64,000 nucleotides of DNA from Botryllus schlosseri (Eukaryota). The translations under genes and the position numbers were made by a program. Positions within the stretch are counted from its first letter, which is position 1. Every line of letters begins with the position of its first letter. Under the pieces are notes generated by a model. That model searched no databases, was not told the DNA's origin, and worked only from the letters and a program-made list of their open reading frames with translations. Below, piece after piece: positions 1 through 11,954 of the stretch. Location: contig CM119377.1 in NCBI GenBank assembly GCA_051294905.1, positions 3,844,001 through 3,908,000 of the forward strand, given 5' to 3'.

Positions 1-299
1 ATTTTGTATGATAGTATGTTTTAGTTGTATTGTTGTGAGGACAACCATGTGATGACTCAGCACTTTTCGTTAGCAAAGCAGATTGATTTGTGTGTAAGAT
101 GTAAGCACCGTAACTAGAAAACATATGTGCTCTGTTGTTGGAGTAGCTGATTTAGTGCTATGACATGGACATATCCTGAAGCCTTGGTTTGTTGTCTTAC
201 GAAAGATGAGGCGACCTCGGTGTCGTAAATTGTGTTAACTAAATCGGATGGATACCACGATTGTGCTGGACTTACACATGGTATTCGCATACTGTGCAC

Positions 300-3200
300 A
301 TACAAACTTTTGTGTATACAACTCTGATGTTTCTGTTCGTACTAGTTCTGTGTTGAACTATTTGATTATTAAGATACATGAACACCCATTCAGACAATAA
401 ATTTCTTGTGATATCGAAACAGTTTGAAAGCACCACCAATCATTGTACAGGTTTGTAGCATGGGAATATTTTCATGTGTCATGAATATCTTTCGTATACA
501 CTTAGTATGAAATGAGATGTGTGGAACAATAATTAGTGTCGTACAAAGTGTTGTGTTTGATTGCCTACTTTTTTATCAATGTCTTTGTGATGTTAAAAGA
601 CGGTTGAGTTTTCATTTACATTAAGCGGGGAAACTCAAGTAATAAATTTTACTCGTTTGAAAATATCGATCAATGGAGTAACAGTATCAATATGAGTGGT
701 ATATTATTTTTTTCGCGATATGTAACCAATCTTCTAAGCATAACTTGTCAAAAATTTATCATGTCATAGTCGGTTGTTACGAATTCGAAAGAAATGTACT
801 TCGATTATCACGATGATGGAAATTAAGATCAACGCAGTATTTCGGAGATGGATGTGTATCGTCTGGTATGTTCCCCAATCACTAAATGTCGGTTAGTTAA
901 ACGATACATTTACAAGTTTACCGAAATCTTGATTTACAAATAACAGCTTGATGATGTAAAGCTCAACCACACAAATGTGTTCATTGCAAAGTATTTGACA
1001 CAAACAAAATATCGAATGGAGACCATCACATTGGCTTCATTTCAAGTGAGTGAAAATTGTTTTCTGTTGGCCAGGTAGGACACATTTGACAAACATCGTA
1101 CACATTGTATCTTCGTGATGGTAACGACTTTCAGCGGGTTGGTTTCATGTCAGGAATTATTATTTGAGGGTTCAAGAACAATTTCAATCAATACTACAAA
1201 TGAACAACAATGCAAAACACGTTTAGCAAATAACAGTGTAGCAAGTACTTTTTGATATTACGATTGTTGTGCACCAGACATTTCTAACTGAATTGGATGC
1301 ATCTAACAAACATATCACAATTTACTTTTGTAATGATCAAAGTCTTAGAGTGTATAACCTCGCGATATTTTACATTTAGCACGCACAATGGGGAGTTACT
1401 GAAATGATTAAGAATTGATCGCTAGCTTCGAACGGTACTCGATACTCAAAGTGATATTTTCACACTCTGTGAAGTGCATATGTTTCAATTCTCCGTCACA
1501 AATTCCGACAATAAATCGTTGGATTCAATAGTAACGATACTGTGATATACTGATTCTACACTTAGTCGTTTCAATTACCCGTTGGGAATCGGGATAATAA
1601 AGCATTTTGTATAGGATGAATGAATACTGGAATTATTACATCTTTAGTGCTGTTTATCGCAAACGATAGATTTTAATAATTGTACTGATTGTTGAATGTA
1701 ATAATACCGATATTGTCGTTTCATCTTTAGTCTTGGTTACTGGAAATATTTTCTGATATCCGCGATACGCAGAGTGATTTTTACCAAGGTGGAGTAATGT
1801 TCCTATCAAGAACATTTCAGACACACATAGTAGGGTTAGTTCGGATATCAATAATTTTCACTATCCGGATAACGGATATATCCGGATATTTTGGAATTTA
1901 TCTAACCGGTTAACCGGATAATAACTGCTAAGTGAGACAATCGATTTCATTAGGTCTGCATGTAAAACGGATCGCAAAATCATTACACAGTGTTATTGTA
2001 GAGTACCTACCTACGTGCGCAGTATGAGCGAATACGAGAAAAACCACGCAAATTTAATGTTCACTGCTTCTGCAATGCCCTATTATAAAGCACAGATGCA
2101 TCAATTGTGGGATCCTGTAGCCGGGACCGGAATTTTGTAACAAAGAGTCCACGTTCATTGAATGCTTTTTCAGCTTCCACAGAAGTGGGCTGAATAGAAA
2201 GCAGCGCTTCGTAGAAAGACAAAAGGTTGGCAGGTCGTACACCGGAAACTTCAACGGCTTTACATCCTTTTGACCATCCTTATGTTTAGGTTTGGAGTAC
2301 TAGAAGGACGACTAGCTGATACTGGAATTGATGCCGACATCATACCTCGCTCTAATTCACGTGATCAGGCACGCAGCCAGCCGAAAATGTAGGGGGATTG
2401 AAATAAAATCAGGGGGTCTCGATTTTTTTTCGAATTAATCATCAGCGGAAATCAATTACGCTTGCACGCACGCACATTTTTGCGAACATTCGATGTCATT
2501 CAGTTTCGCGGTGTAACTCTCAGAATCACTAATTAGAATACACTTAACGGCATATCGTCAACAAGCCATCGAGAGATAGGAGCCAATGCATGCTGGGTCC
2601 GAGATGGTTAGGCCAGCGATTATATCGTTCGTAGGCCTATTGCAGATGCGATTGTGTAGGTCAACGATAATATCGTGAGCACCAAGCCAATGAAGATGCG
2701 ATTGTGCAGGCCAGCGATGGAATAGTGTGTGCACTGCACATGGCCTATTGCAGATGCAATTCTTCAATCCAGTGGAACTATCGGCTTGTTGAAGACGCGA
2801 TAAATCAGGCCAGAGACGATAGCCGAGCGCGCGGCAATCAATGACCTAATTTAACGATCTTCTCAGCTGGAGATCGCGTCACATTACATTGTGCAATGTG
2901 TACAGACGCATCTCGCTAATTGGCAACACGCTTCTCGTTAATCGGCCGCGCCAACACTGAATACGACTTATTGAAGCTTACTAAAACGTGTAAAATGCAT
3001 TAGCAACGATTCTTTTTTATCCGGTTAACCGGCAGAAAAATATCCGGATATCAGATAGTGAAAATACCTGCGGTTAACCGGTTAACCGGTTAACCGTTAT
3101 CCGGATAATCCAACCCTAACACATAGTTTTACAGCTTAATATGTTAATAACATTGGTACTGAAAAGTTTGTTGCTGTCATAACATTTACCACAACGCCGG

Positions 3201-3300
3201 GTCTAATTAACGCAAATAATTTAATAATAAAGTAATGATCAACTATTACAAAATCTCATATGTCAAATCAATGTGTCAATCCTTATGTTCACAGCATGAT
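300..3300 (-). pseudogene. Decayed, apparently intronless coding-derived sequence, copy A (split by the hAT insertion at 1831-3118)
   Basis: Reverse complement aligns by eye with 6040-6340 plus 9690-11240. Shared frames: KDETTISVLLH/KDETTISLLIH, SLLLNPT-IYCRNCDGELKH/SLLLNPTIDTMIYYRD, ECENITLSIE/QCENITLKIE, YDSNKLF/YDINKLF. Many stops and frameshifts. Family unknown; boundaries approximate. Confidence 0.45.
1831..3118. mobile_element. Non-autonomous hAT-type DNA transposon (TAGGGTT termini)
   Basis: Termini TAGGGTTAG...CAACCCTA; perfect 8-bp TSD ACACATAG (1823-1830, 3119-3126); subterminal CCGGATA/AACCGGTT motif arrays at both ends; no transposase ORF. Confidence 0.9.
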
Positions 3301-3359
3301 AACTTTGAATATAACACCATCGTTCGATTGTAAGAAATTAATTCTCAACTACGTTGGTC

Positions 3360-4270
3360 GGACTTTCAAATCTCGTATACTCAAACATATTATGTTAAGC
3401 TCAAGTCCCCTGTACCGAAGAGTAATTACTTTTGCCTTACAAAATATACCGAGTAGTAATTAGTTTGTCTTGCAGAATATACCGCGTAGTAATTCCTCTT
3501 CCTCTTACAGAATAGTAACGACTTTTAAAGTTGGATAAAAATGATGCGTCGTAGGGATATGAGTACAACCGAACTTGTTATGGATTTTAGGTTTTAATGA
3601 TTGTATGGACTCGTGTATGCTTGGCTGTTTTTCATACTGATACTGTTTGAGTTTGAGTCGGGTAACGGATTTACTTGACAATGTTTTTTGTGGTTGACTC
3701 TTTGAATATGGTAAGATGGTAAGATACCGAGACGTAATACTATTTCCGTACACTCAATTACAACAAAACATAACTAGCATTCAAATTATCCGTCCGCTGC
3801 AATTTGATTAAAAACTTGATGCCGTTTTGTGGTTAACTCAAGTCAGTGGTCGCGCTTGTGTTGATTTCAGGAATGATCATGACGAGTTGGCCGGGTAAAT
3901 TAGCGGTAGTAACTATGACCGTGCAGAGTTGCTGACATTCCAATATCTTTTACGCTGTCATATATGGATTCAATTGTGATAATTTAATTCTCAGTTATTG
4001 TTCAGACATTCAAATCTCGTATACTCAAAATATAATAGGTTTATGTCAAATCGCGTATATGCACCGATTAGTAAATACTTTGTCTTACAGAATAGTAACG
4101 ACCTTTACAGTTGATTAAAAATTATCGGTCATATGAATACAACCAGGATGAATTAATTCAAATTTATGAGTTGCAGTGATATAATCAAGTAAGTGAAAAC
4201 TTGATTTTTAACACCGGTTAATGTTATGAATAATTCTTTTGAGTATGGTAAGATGTTAAAATGTCGCTTT
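3360..4270. repeat. Two diverged direct copies of a ~270-370-bp segment (3360-3730, 4005-4270)
   Basis: Shared blocks ttcaaatctcgtatactcaaa, tcttacagaatagtaacgac and tatggtaagatg. Minus-strand frames SLLFCK...FEYTRFE are present in both. Confidence 0.7.
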
Positions 4271-4929
4271 GACAAACGGAAAGCCGGATCGTGAATAGAG
4301 TTGTAATGTTAACTTGTTTCAAATCAACATGCGTATAATATCGAAATGGTACTTGGAAAGATGGTAGTCATGTTTGTCAATCTATTTCAATTCAGACTAT
4401 GTCAAAGTCGAGATATTTCATTTTGGATTACCCCAATTTACCTTTCGTACATCCCGCGAATGGATTCCGACGCCGCACTATAACATTTTTGATAATAAGG
4501 TCTCAAGGATTCTCAATCAACAATGCCTGGATTTTTTGGTAATGCTAGAGTTGGCAAATGCTAAGTTGCGTGTTTTTGATAAGCGTTTGATTTCTCAGTA
4601 ATGAATACAATTATTGTATGTGCATACTTGTGATTCTTGATTCTTGTTTAGTTAGTTGGTATTGATTCTATAGGTGTGAAACAGCGGCGTGGAATGTGTG
4701 AATAATTCGATGCGCCTGAAGTTTGGAGTCAGCTATATTCAGGTTACGTTCGAATCAACTGATCGCGGTAAATGGATTTCTCAAAGGATTAGAGTTGTAC
4801 CGGATCAACACATTCAAATACGAATCAACTTGGTTTGTGTAGTGAGTTTCATTTCAAGTTGATAAATTGACACATTGATTGGATATTCTCATGATTCGCA
4901 TCACGCAACCAAAGTCAACGTGAAACATA

Positions 4930-5500
4930 TAGCGATCGCGAAAAGTATCAAATCTTGGATATTCAAGTCACCGTCTGCGACGGTTCTGTTATTCGGTGCT
5001 TATTACTTAATAGGTAATATTCTTATTATATCAGACTCATGAAATCCAGTTCTGCACCAAACTACCAACATATTACATTGTAGCGATTGGGATGTATGTA
5101 ACCACAAGTCACGAAAGATGGTTATGTCTTATAGGTGTTATCTTGTGAGCGATCGTAGGATTTTAGAATTATTTCACACCTTTTTGAATAAGCGTACACT
5201 TCACAAAGGATTAGGGTTAGAGTAGAAATAAGTGACAATTTATCGCTATTCAAGTTACCGACACTGGCGGTCTGTTATTCGTTACTTATTAAATCTTTAC
5301 GAGTGAAATCAAGCTCTGTGACAAACTGCTTACGAAAATTTCGCCGCGTGAGCGATCGATATGCCTGTAACACGAAGCCGCGAAAGATGGTTATGTCCGA
5401 GACATTATCTTGTCAGCGCTCGCGGGGTTTTGCAAACTATTTCACACCTATTTGAAGTGTTAGTTTGTGAACGCGGTTATTGTTGGTATTGGAATCACCG
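4930..5500. repeat. Degenerate tandem duplication, period ~265 bp
   Basis: cgaaagatggttatgtc...ttatcttgt.agcg.tcg at ~5112 and ~5380; gaaatc.ag.tctg..caaact at ~5041 and ~5304. Confidence 0.65.
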
Positions 5501-5589
5501 TCTACGCCGGTTCTCTGGTAAACTAATTACCAAAAAATTACCATGCGGCGGATTCTTAGATTTAGCAAACTATTTCACAGCCTTTTTTC

Positions 5590-6020
5590 TAAAAGTACGA
5601 CATGCCGCCTGCAGTCTATACCCGAAAGTACGACATGCCAACAACGAAGCCGCGTGCGACCGATCCCTATGCTGAAAAGGGTTACCGTGCCACCACAAGA
5701 CACAATAGCCGCTTGCCACCCCCGCCATAAGACACAACGGCAGGTCACCAGAGATCTCGTAAGAATACATGACAGACACATCGTCGTTAGCATGTCGCCG
5801 CACGTATATCAAAAAACATTAGCATGCCACCACGAGTTTTCACGTTAGCATGCCGCCGCCGCCTATACCCGAAAACGTTAGCATGCGACCGATCCCTATC
5901 TCCGTAATGCTATCATGCGACCGCGCCCATAAGAAATAAGAGCCGCATGCCACCACGAGTTTCGCGTTATCATGCGACCGCACCCATAAGAGCCCCTGCC
6001 AGGTCACGAGCGATCATACT
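5590..6020. repeat. GC-rich degenerate array of short CATGC-core units
   Basis: Recurrent gttagcatgcc/catgcgaccg/catgccaccacgagttt/ctatacccgaaa units. Confidence 0.7.
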
Positions 6021-6574
6021 AACTACTTACGAGATTTGAATGTCAGATCAATGGTAGACTTGGAGTTAATTTTTCGAAAGCGAATCTTTGTATCATAAGA
6101 CATAGGACGCGAGTAAATTCTTTACAGTTATACTCATTAACACATTGTTTCACAGCTCAGCGCAAGAATCAACTGTCTGATCAGTACTTGACTAAAAGTT
6201 ATTTTCAGGTGCACAGGTACCCTTGTGCTGTAATAGTCTTACGATATCAACAAACTTTTCTGAAACAGCATCATTAGTACATTGATTTGAAAAACTAGAT
6301 TAATATTTCCGAAATGTTCTTGATAGCAAATTAATTCATTTGTCACGACCGCATCAATGTATTACAGAATGGTATAATGCAGGGGTCTTCAGCCGGGTGC
6401 TTCGTACACCCTGGGGTGTATACCAAAATGTACCACTCAAATGGGTGTACTGGGGTGTACCAGACCCGCATTGAAATGGACCAATGACTAGCTATCAAAA
6501 TAAATAGGCAAGTTTTTGCCTCAGAATATGTTGACCGGTCGTGCAATATAGTTCATTGTTCATACCAGCTATAC

Positions 6575-8164
6575 CAGTCCTGTGCAAAGTGCGGCCCGCG
6601 AAGCTATTCTGTACGGCCCGCGAAAGGTTGCTTGGAATTCAAAACATAAAACTTGCATTTTGAATGACTAAAACTGTATCAAATGAACAGGAAATTCGTT
6701 TACTTTGAAGCCTGTTCGTTAAAATGCCACGATTATACGCTGCCAACGTACCTGGCATGCGCATAATACAGATACAAAATAAAGGCAATGTGGCAAAGAA
6801 TGAGTAGCAATTGAAGTCACGAGAAATCACTCTTTCCATGTAGTTTAATTTGATTCAAACCTTCCTTGTTGCCATTGTCACATTACGCATTATACAGTAT
6901 ATGTTTCAATTTTTTGCGTGATAAGTTTCCAAATCCCTAATTCGTAAAACAAGTCAATCAGTGCTCGCGATTACTATAGGACTCATCACATCTATCACCC
7001 ATAAAGGATTCCATTTGTGTGCCTTGGAATCAACTTTTATCAAAATACACCAACCAAAACTCTGTCAACAAAAGGAGTTCGTGTACCACCTAAAAATAGT
7101 ACATTGAACGCTCTCTCATTCGAAATTTCATGCTGGTGACGTCATATTTTGTGATACGATTGTTGATATACAATGTTTTTTCCAATTCTCTACTAGTTGC
7201 TGACGATTACCCCTGACGAGTGTCAGCCGAAAATATTCGGGTTCATTTCAATATGAATATACTATTTAATTGCATAAAGGATTAACGGACATCTCAAAAA
7301 AGAAAGCCGAATTACGACCACTAAATATTCGTATACTGGAGTCAGGAGTAAACCCGTCCTTTGAGTTTTTGCCGGGCATTTCGCCGAGATTAAGGATATT
7401 AAAAAAAGCCGGTCTTATGACAAAAACACGAAACACTCCGTAAAGGGAGGGCGAATTTCAGAAAAACTGCAAGCTTCGCTCAACATATAGGCTATTTAAG
7501 CTGCACCCTGCTCGGAAGGAAGCGACCAGGAAAATGAGCTTTGTACTATTGCATATACATTTCAGCGCAGTTGGTTTTCGAACTGGGAGACGTGAACGCA
7601 TCATATGATCGGCGCGACGCTGAAGTTTATTTTTTTGTAAGTTCGCGCTCGACGCGCGATATACCCCAGCTTGTACTAGTTGCTATGTGCTCTCATCAAC
7701 AGCCATAATCATCTTCCATGCCATCAACCTATCCGTTGGGGTTGCTAGCATTATGGTTGTACTTTAATATTTTGTGATACCATGATTTATTGTTTTGTGA
7801 TATCACGATAAGGGGGTGCGAAATTATTCACTATCATAAAGGAAGGCGGGCCTAAAAAAGTTTGAGAACCACTGTTTCAGAGTCTTAATAGAAATAGAAG
7901 AACGTGGATAGGTTTTTAAAGAGGTAAAATGTACTATGTTTAACATGTTTTCAAATCATGACGGCAAGTAGATATTTTTTTAATGAACCGTCACTTTCTC
8001 ATTACCTGATATCAACACATTGACTGAGCAGCATTTATTAACATTATCATTTAGAAATAAAATTAAAATACGCTGGAGAATATAGCTAAAATTTTTCACT
8101 CGGCCCGCCAATGTATTTATTGCTTCTCATTTGGCCCGCGGAGGAAAATAATTGCCCACCCCTG
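6575..8164. mobile_element. Nested non-autonomous hAT (Charlie/Buster-like) element
   Basis: CAGTCCTGTGCAA...TTGCCCACCCCTG termini; GGCCCGCG subterminal motifs; perfect TSD AGCTATAC (6567-6574, 8165-8172). Confidence 0.88.
7209..7242 (+). ncRNA. Putative minimal type I hammerhead ribozyme in a Penelope-like short repeat
   Basis: ACCC-CTGACGA-G(TGTCAGC)C-GAA-A-(ATAT)-TC-GGGT. It has a 4-bp stem I (ACCC/GGGT), the CUGANGA and GAAA core boxes, a 1-bp stem II, a palindromic loop III and a UC cleavage site. Confidence 0.6.
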
Positions 8165-11100
8165 AGCTATACGCAGCTTGTAAATTACATTCCTTTGGTG
8201 ATGTCATAAGCAAATGCTTATCCTCATCATTGGTTCATGATTCATTGGTAATAGTTCGAGTTTGAGAAACGCTGTGTCAAGTGGTGGTTCGGTAACCTGG
8301 AGCCCTGATGCAGCAATAGAATTTGTTTTGTTGTCCGGAAGAGAGAATAATGAATATATAACTAATTGACCAGGTGCACAAGGCCATTGTTGCCGAGCAC
8401 CAAAAATTCCACACCAACAACAACAACGTTGCAGCCTTGTTCATCCATATTTAAACAGAACAGAGGTGGAAACCTGCTGCAGGGGTACGGTCGCATGCAG
8501 CTCTCTACACATAATTAAATTAGCGTGTGTTGACTGCCGTCAATATGCAATTTGAATTAACGAATTGGCTCTTAAATCTTTGAGAGATTTCAATTAAACT
8601 TGAAAACCTTATTCACGCTTGGTGCGATTCAGCGTGATTTTTCGTTGTTAATATAATAGTTTAATCTGCGCCACATCGTACACAACCGAACCGCGGAGGA
8701 AAATGATGAGCCCCATAAAGAAATAGCAAGTAGTAATCGTGTGCGTTTCACGAAAGAAGGTTTTTCTGCTACGTTTGGGCGATTCCAATATATATTTCGA
8801 CTATGCCTACAATCCTCATGGAACGTCAAAAATAACAACATGCAACAAAGTGATTAATAAAAACCGAAAGATGCGTCATCATTATCTCTGTGCTCAAAAT
8901 TTTCGAAGACACCCCTACATCAGCTTTAGCTAATCTGTTCACGTGGGCAAAGAATGGATAAATATTTGACAGTATAAAATTATTATTTTGGGGCAGATTT
9001 ATGCTACATGAAATTTTTCTTCGCGCGGGGCGTGATTTAGTATCATATATGTTGGTTTTAATATGGGGACTGTAAAAAACTGCGATCAAAAATAAATATA
9101 AATAACATTCATTTACAAAAATAAGCGTAATTGTAATCGCAATTACAAGATAACGGTGTATTCATAGAGTCGGTTTAGGCCGTTTGGATGCTTTATTCAA
9201 ATATAGTGGTTATAAACCTGAGGGTAGTTTGACTTTATTCTGGAGTTCGCGAATATGTTGAATGTATTCAGCTTCCAAAATAGGCTATGAGTAAGTCTGG
9301 ACAAATGTGCCAACCTTTAATTAGCAATCAGCTCATCAAATTTTGAGCCGGACCACGGAACATTTTCAAATTGGAAATGCAGTCGCGACCATAAAATGTT
9401 GGAAACCACCGGATGGGCGGTGTATATATAGCTCGGTGGTACAGTGCGCTAGTGGGCACCAAAGAGCGTCCGGAATCTGTTCAACCGAAAATGGTATAAC
9501 CCTAGTCGAGATGCCATGGCAGTTGTATGCCACATATCTAATCGAAAAAGGCCGTGAATAGCGAAAAGGTTGAACATCCCTGGATTTAGGCTTACTACGG
9601 AATCAGCGTGTTATGTGGTTAGGGGTGTACGAGTTTTGCATAAAACTTAAAAGAGTGTACCACGACGAAAAAGGTTGAAGAGCACTGGTATTATGTATAC
9701 TCATCAACTGATATTTGACAAATCAAGCGTTAATAATAACCAATGCTAAAGATTTCGTTATTAATATATTCAACAACCGCTATCAATCGTTTGTAATATT
9801 CGATGCTAAAGATGAAACAACAATTTCATTATTGATACATTGAACAAGCGATACAAAATGCTTTACTGCCCGAATTCGTGACGGTTAATTGACACGGCTA
9901 CATGAAGAGTCAGTATATTGCAATGTCATGTCGTTACTCTTGAATCCAACAATTGATACAATGATTTATTATCGAGATTTGTGACAGGGAATTGAAACAT
10001 TGCAAACTGCTCAGTGTGAAAATATCACTTTGAAAATCGAGCACAATTCGAAGCATGCAATTGATACTTAATTCCGTTCACACTCTTTATTGAACGTGCT
10101 GAATGTAAAACATTGCGAGGTCTACGGAGTTTCGCAAAAGTGAATTGGAATATGCTTGGTAGACGCGTCCTATTCAACTGGACTTGAGTAATACACAAAA
10201 CTCATAATACTAAATAAATCGCAATTTGTGCTACACTGAAATCTGCAAAATGTGTTTGCATTGTTGTTCATATGTAGGCCTAATTGTGATGAAAAAACTG
10301 TTCACTTGAATCTTTCAAAATAATGGTCATCATATAACCAAACCACCGAAGTCATTTCCGTCCCAAAAAAACAATTTGTATGATGGTTGCTAAATGCATC
10401 CTAGTTCGGTATACCGGAATTATTTGTAGAACGCATCCCATCAAAGAGATCGTAAAAACACTCAAACCATACTAACACCAATTCGAGTTGTGATTGAATT
10501 CCTAGTAATTTACTCGTGAGTACACTACAGCAGCTCTGATTTTTTCTGGACACAAGACTTGAAAGAACATCCTTTAGTTATCAACATAGCACACGTATTT
10601 GAAAATGTCGCTTACTGGTCTGAAGCTAAAGTATCGACAGCAACAATCGACGTAAATTATCATTATTCATTTCGTAATCATTTCAACAATATCACACACA
10701 TACACGTATAATACATTGGTGTTTTTGTGTAACACCCTATTGATTTCAATCAATCCAAGCTCAAGGGAAATTTTTACTCGCTCGTTGCGTAATGGATATT
10801 GACCAACAACGTTTCATCGGTGTGCGTCGTTTTTTCTAGATACAAATTACGTTAGTGTAGCAGAAAACAATTTAGTGTAATAGAATACCATTTTAACTCT
10901 CTTGGATTATGAAACCAATGTGTGAGTCTTCATTCAATATTTTGTCTGTGTCAACTAGTTATTTTGTAGGATACGAATAATTATCCCCGCAACTCATTTC
11001 AGACCCAAAGTATGAAAGAAATATTTACATCACGCAAAGAAATCGACTTCACTCGATATTCTAATACTACGAAACTGTACAATGATTGGTTACGCTTTCA

Positions 11101-11588
11101 GACTATAGAATGGTTGGTTACACTCCACAAATTGTTTTGATATCGCTAGAGCTTTCAACATGTATGGTTGACATGTATCTAAATATTCAAATAAGACAAC
11201 ACGAGATAGTACTTACAGCAGCAACTACCGCCAATGTCTACAACTACACTTGAGTAGCATTATAACATGATAATTGAGAAAAATGGCTTGACTAAATTCT
11301 GTGACTTGTCGGAGGGGATTGTACCCAAATTGAAAGCAAAAATTCTGTTGAAACCAGATCACGAGAAGAAAATTTTCGAGGTTAAAAATCCGCACAATAA
11401 TATTCTCTGGTCCAGAACCGATGTTATAATGCTACTAAAGTGTAATATAGTTGTAGACATTGTCGGCATTGGCGACATCGACAAAATCGACTCAGGTCGA
11501 CATTGGCGACATAGACAAATTAGATACACCCCCATGGGGCTATGATTTAGATATGTGATTTCGTCATCGAAGTCAACATGAATAGCTC

Positions 11589-11954
11589 TAGGGTTGCATT
11601 TAAAACAAACTGTGCTTCAAACAGTGTTTTAAACAAAACCCTAATTGTAAAACTATGCCATAATTGTGTAAATACTTTCCAAAAAACATATTGTATGAGC
11701 CTACAAACAATTACCACCCGATTTAGCCGACGTATGTCGATATGGGATGGTTGGAACCCTCAAATGAGTCGGTTCAACATTAATAGTACAGATATTTCGT
11801 CAAAGCAGCTATATTTACCCTATATTTTCAATGGTCAATGTCAATCCACTATGACGTCACAATTGAATATTCGTGACGTCATGGTTTGAACAAATTAAGG
11901 CCTTGTTTTAAACATGTTTGTTTTAAATTGATTTTTGTTTTAAATGCAACCCTA
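11589..11954. mobile_element. hAT-type MITE (TAGGGTTG termini)
   Basis: 18-bp TIR TAGGGTTGCATTTAAAAC / GTTTTAAATGCAACCCTA; perfect TSD AATAGCTC. Confidence 0.92.

Larger units (their letters stand above)
6380..9687. mobile_element. Non-autonomous hAT (CAG-terminal) element, 3.3 kb, carrying nested insertions
   Basis: CAGGGGTCTTCA...TGAAGAGCACTG termini; subterminal GGGGTGTAC motifs at both ends; 8-bp TSD GTATAATG/GTATTATG (7/8 match). Confidence 0.75.
6040..11240 (+). pseudogene. Decayed coding-derived sequence, copy B (6040-6379 and 9688-11240), split by a 3.3-kb hAT insertion
   Basis: Inverted homology to 300-3300, e.g. cagtgtgaaaatatcactttga, gtgtttgcattgttgttcat and ctgtacaatgattgg all match the reverse complement of copy A. 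Confidence 0.45.

Noticed and set aside
691-1260. Plus-strand long frame with few stops, or TGA recoding in the pseudogene
   Set aside because: Comparison with the second copy supports the opposite strand as the coding one, and the apparently shared TGAs fall out of that frame.
5590-6020. CRISPR-like repeat/spacer array; overlapping ORFs 5361-5848
   Set aside because: The repeats are degenerate and irregularly spaced, there are no cas genes, and the context is eukaryotic. The ORFs are a by-product of higher GC.
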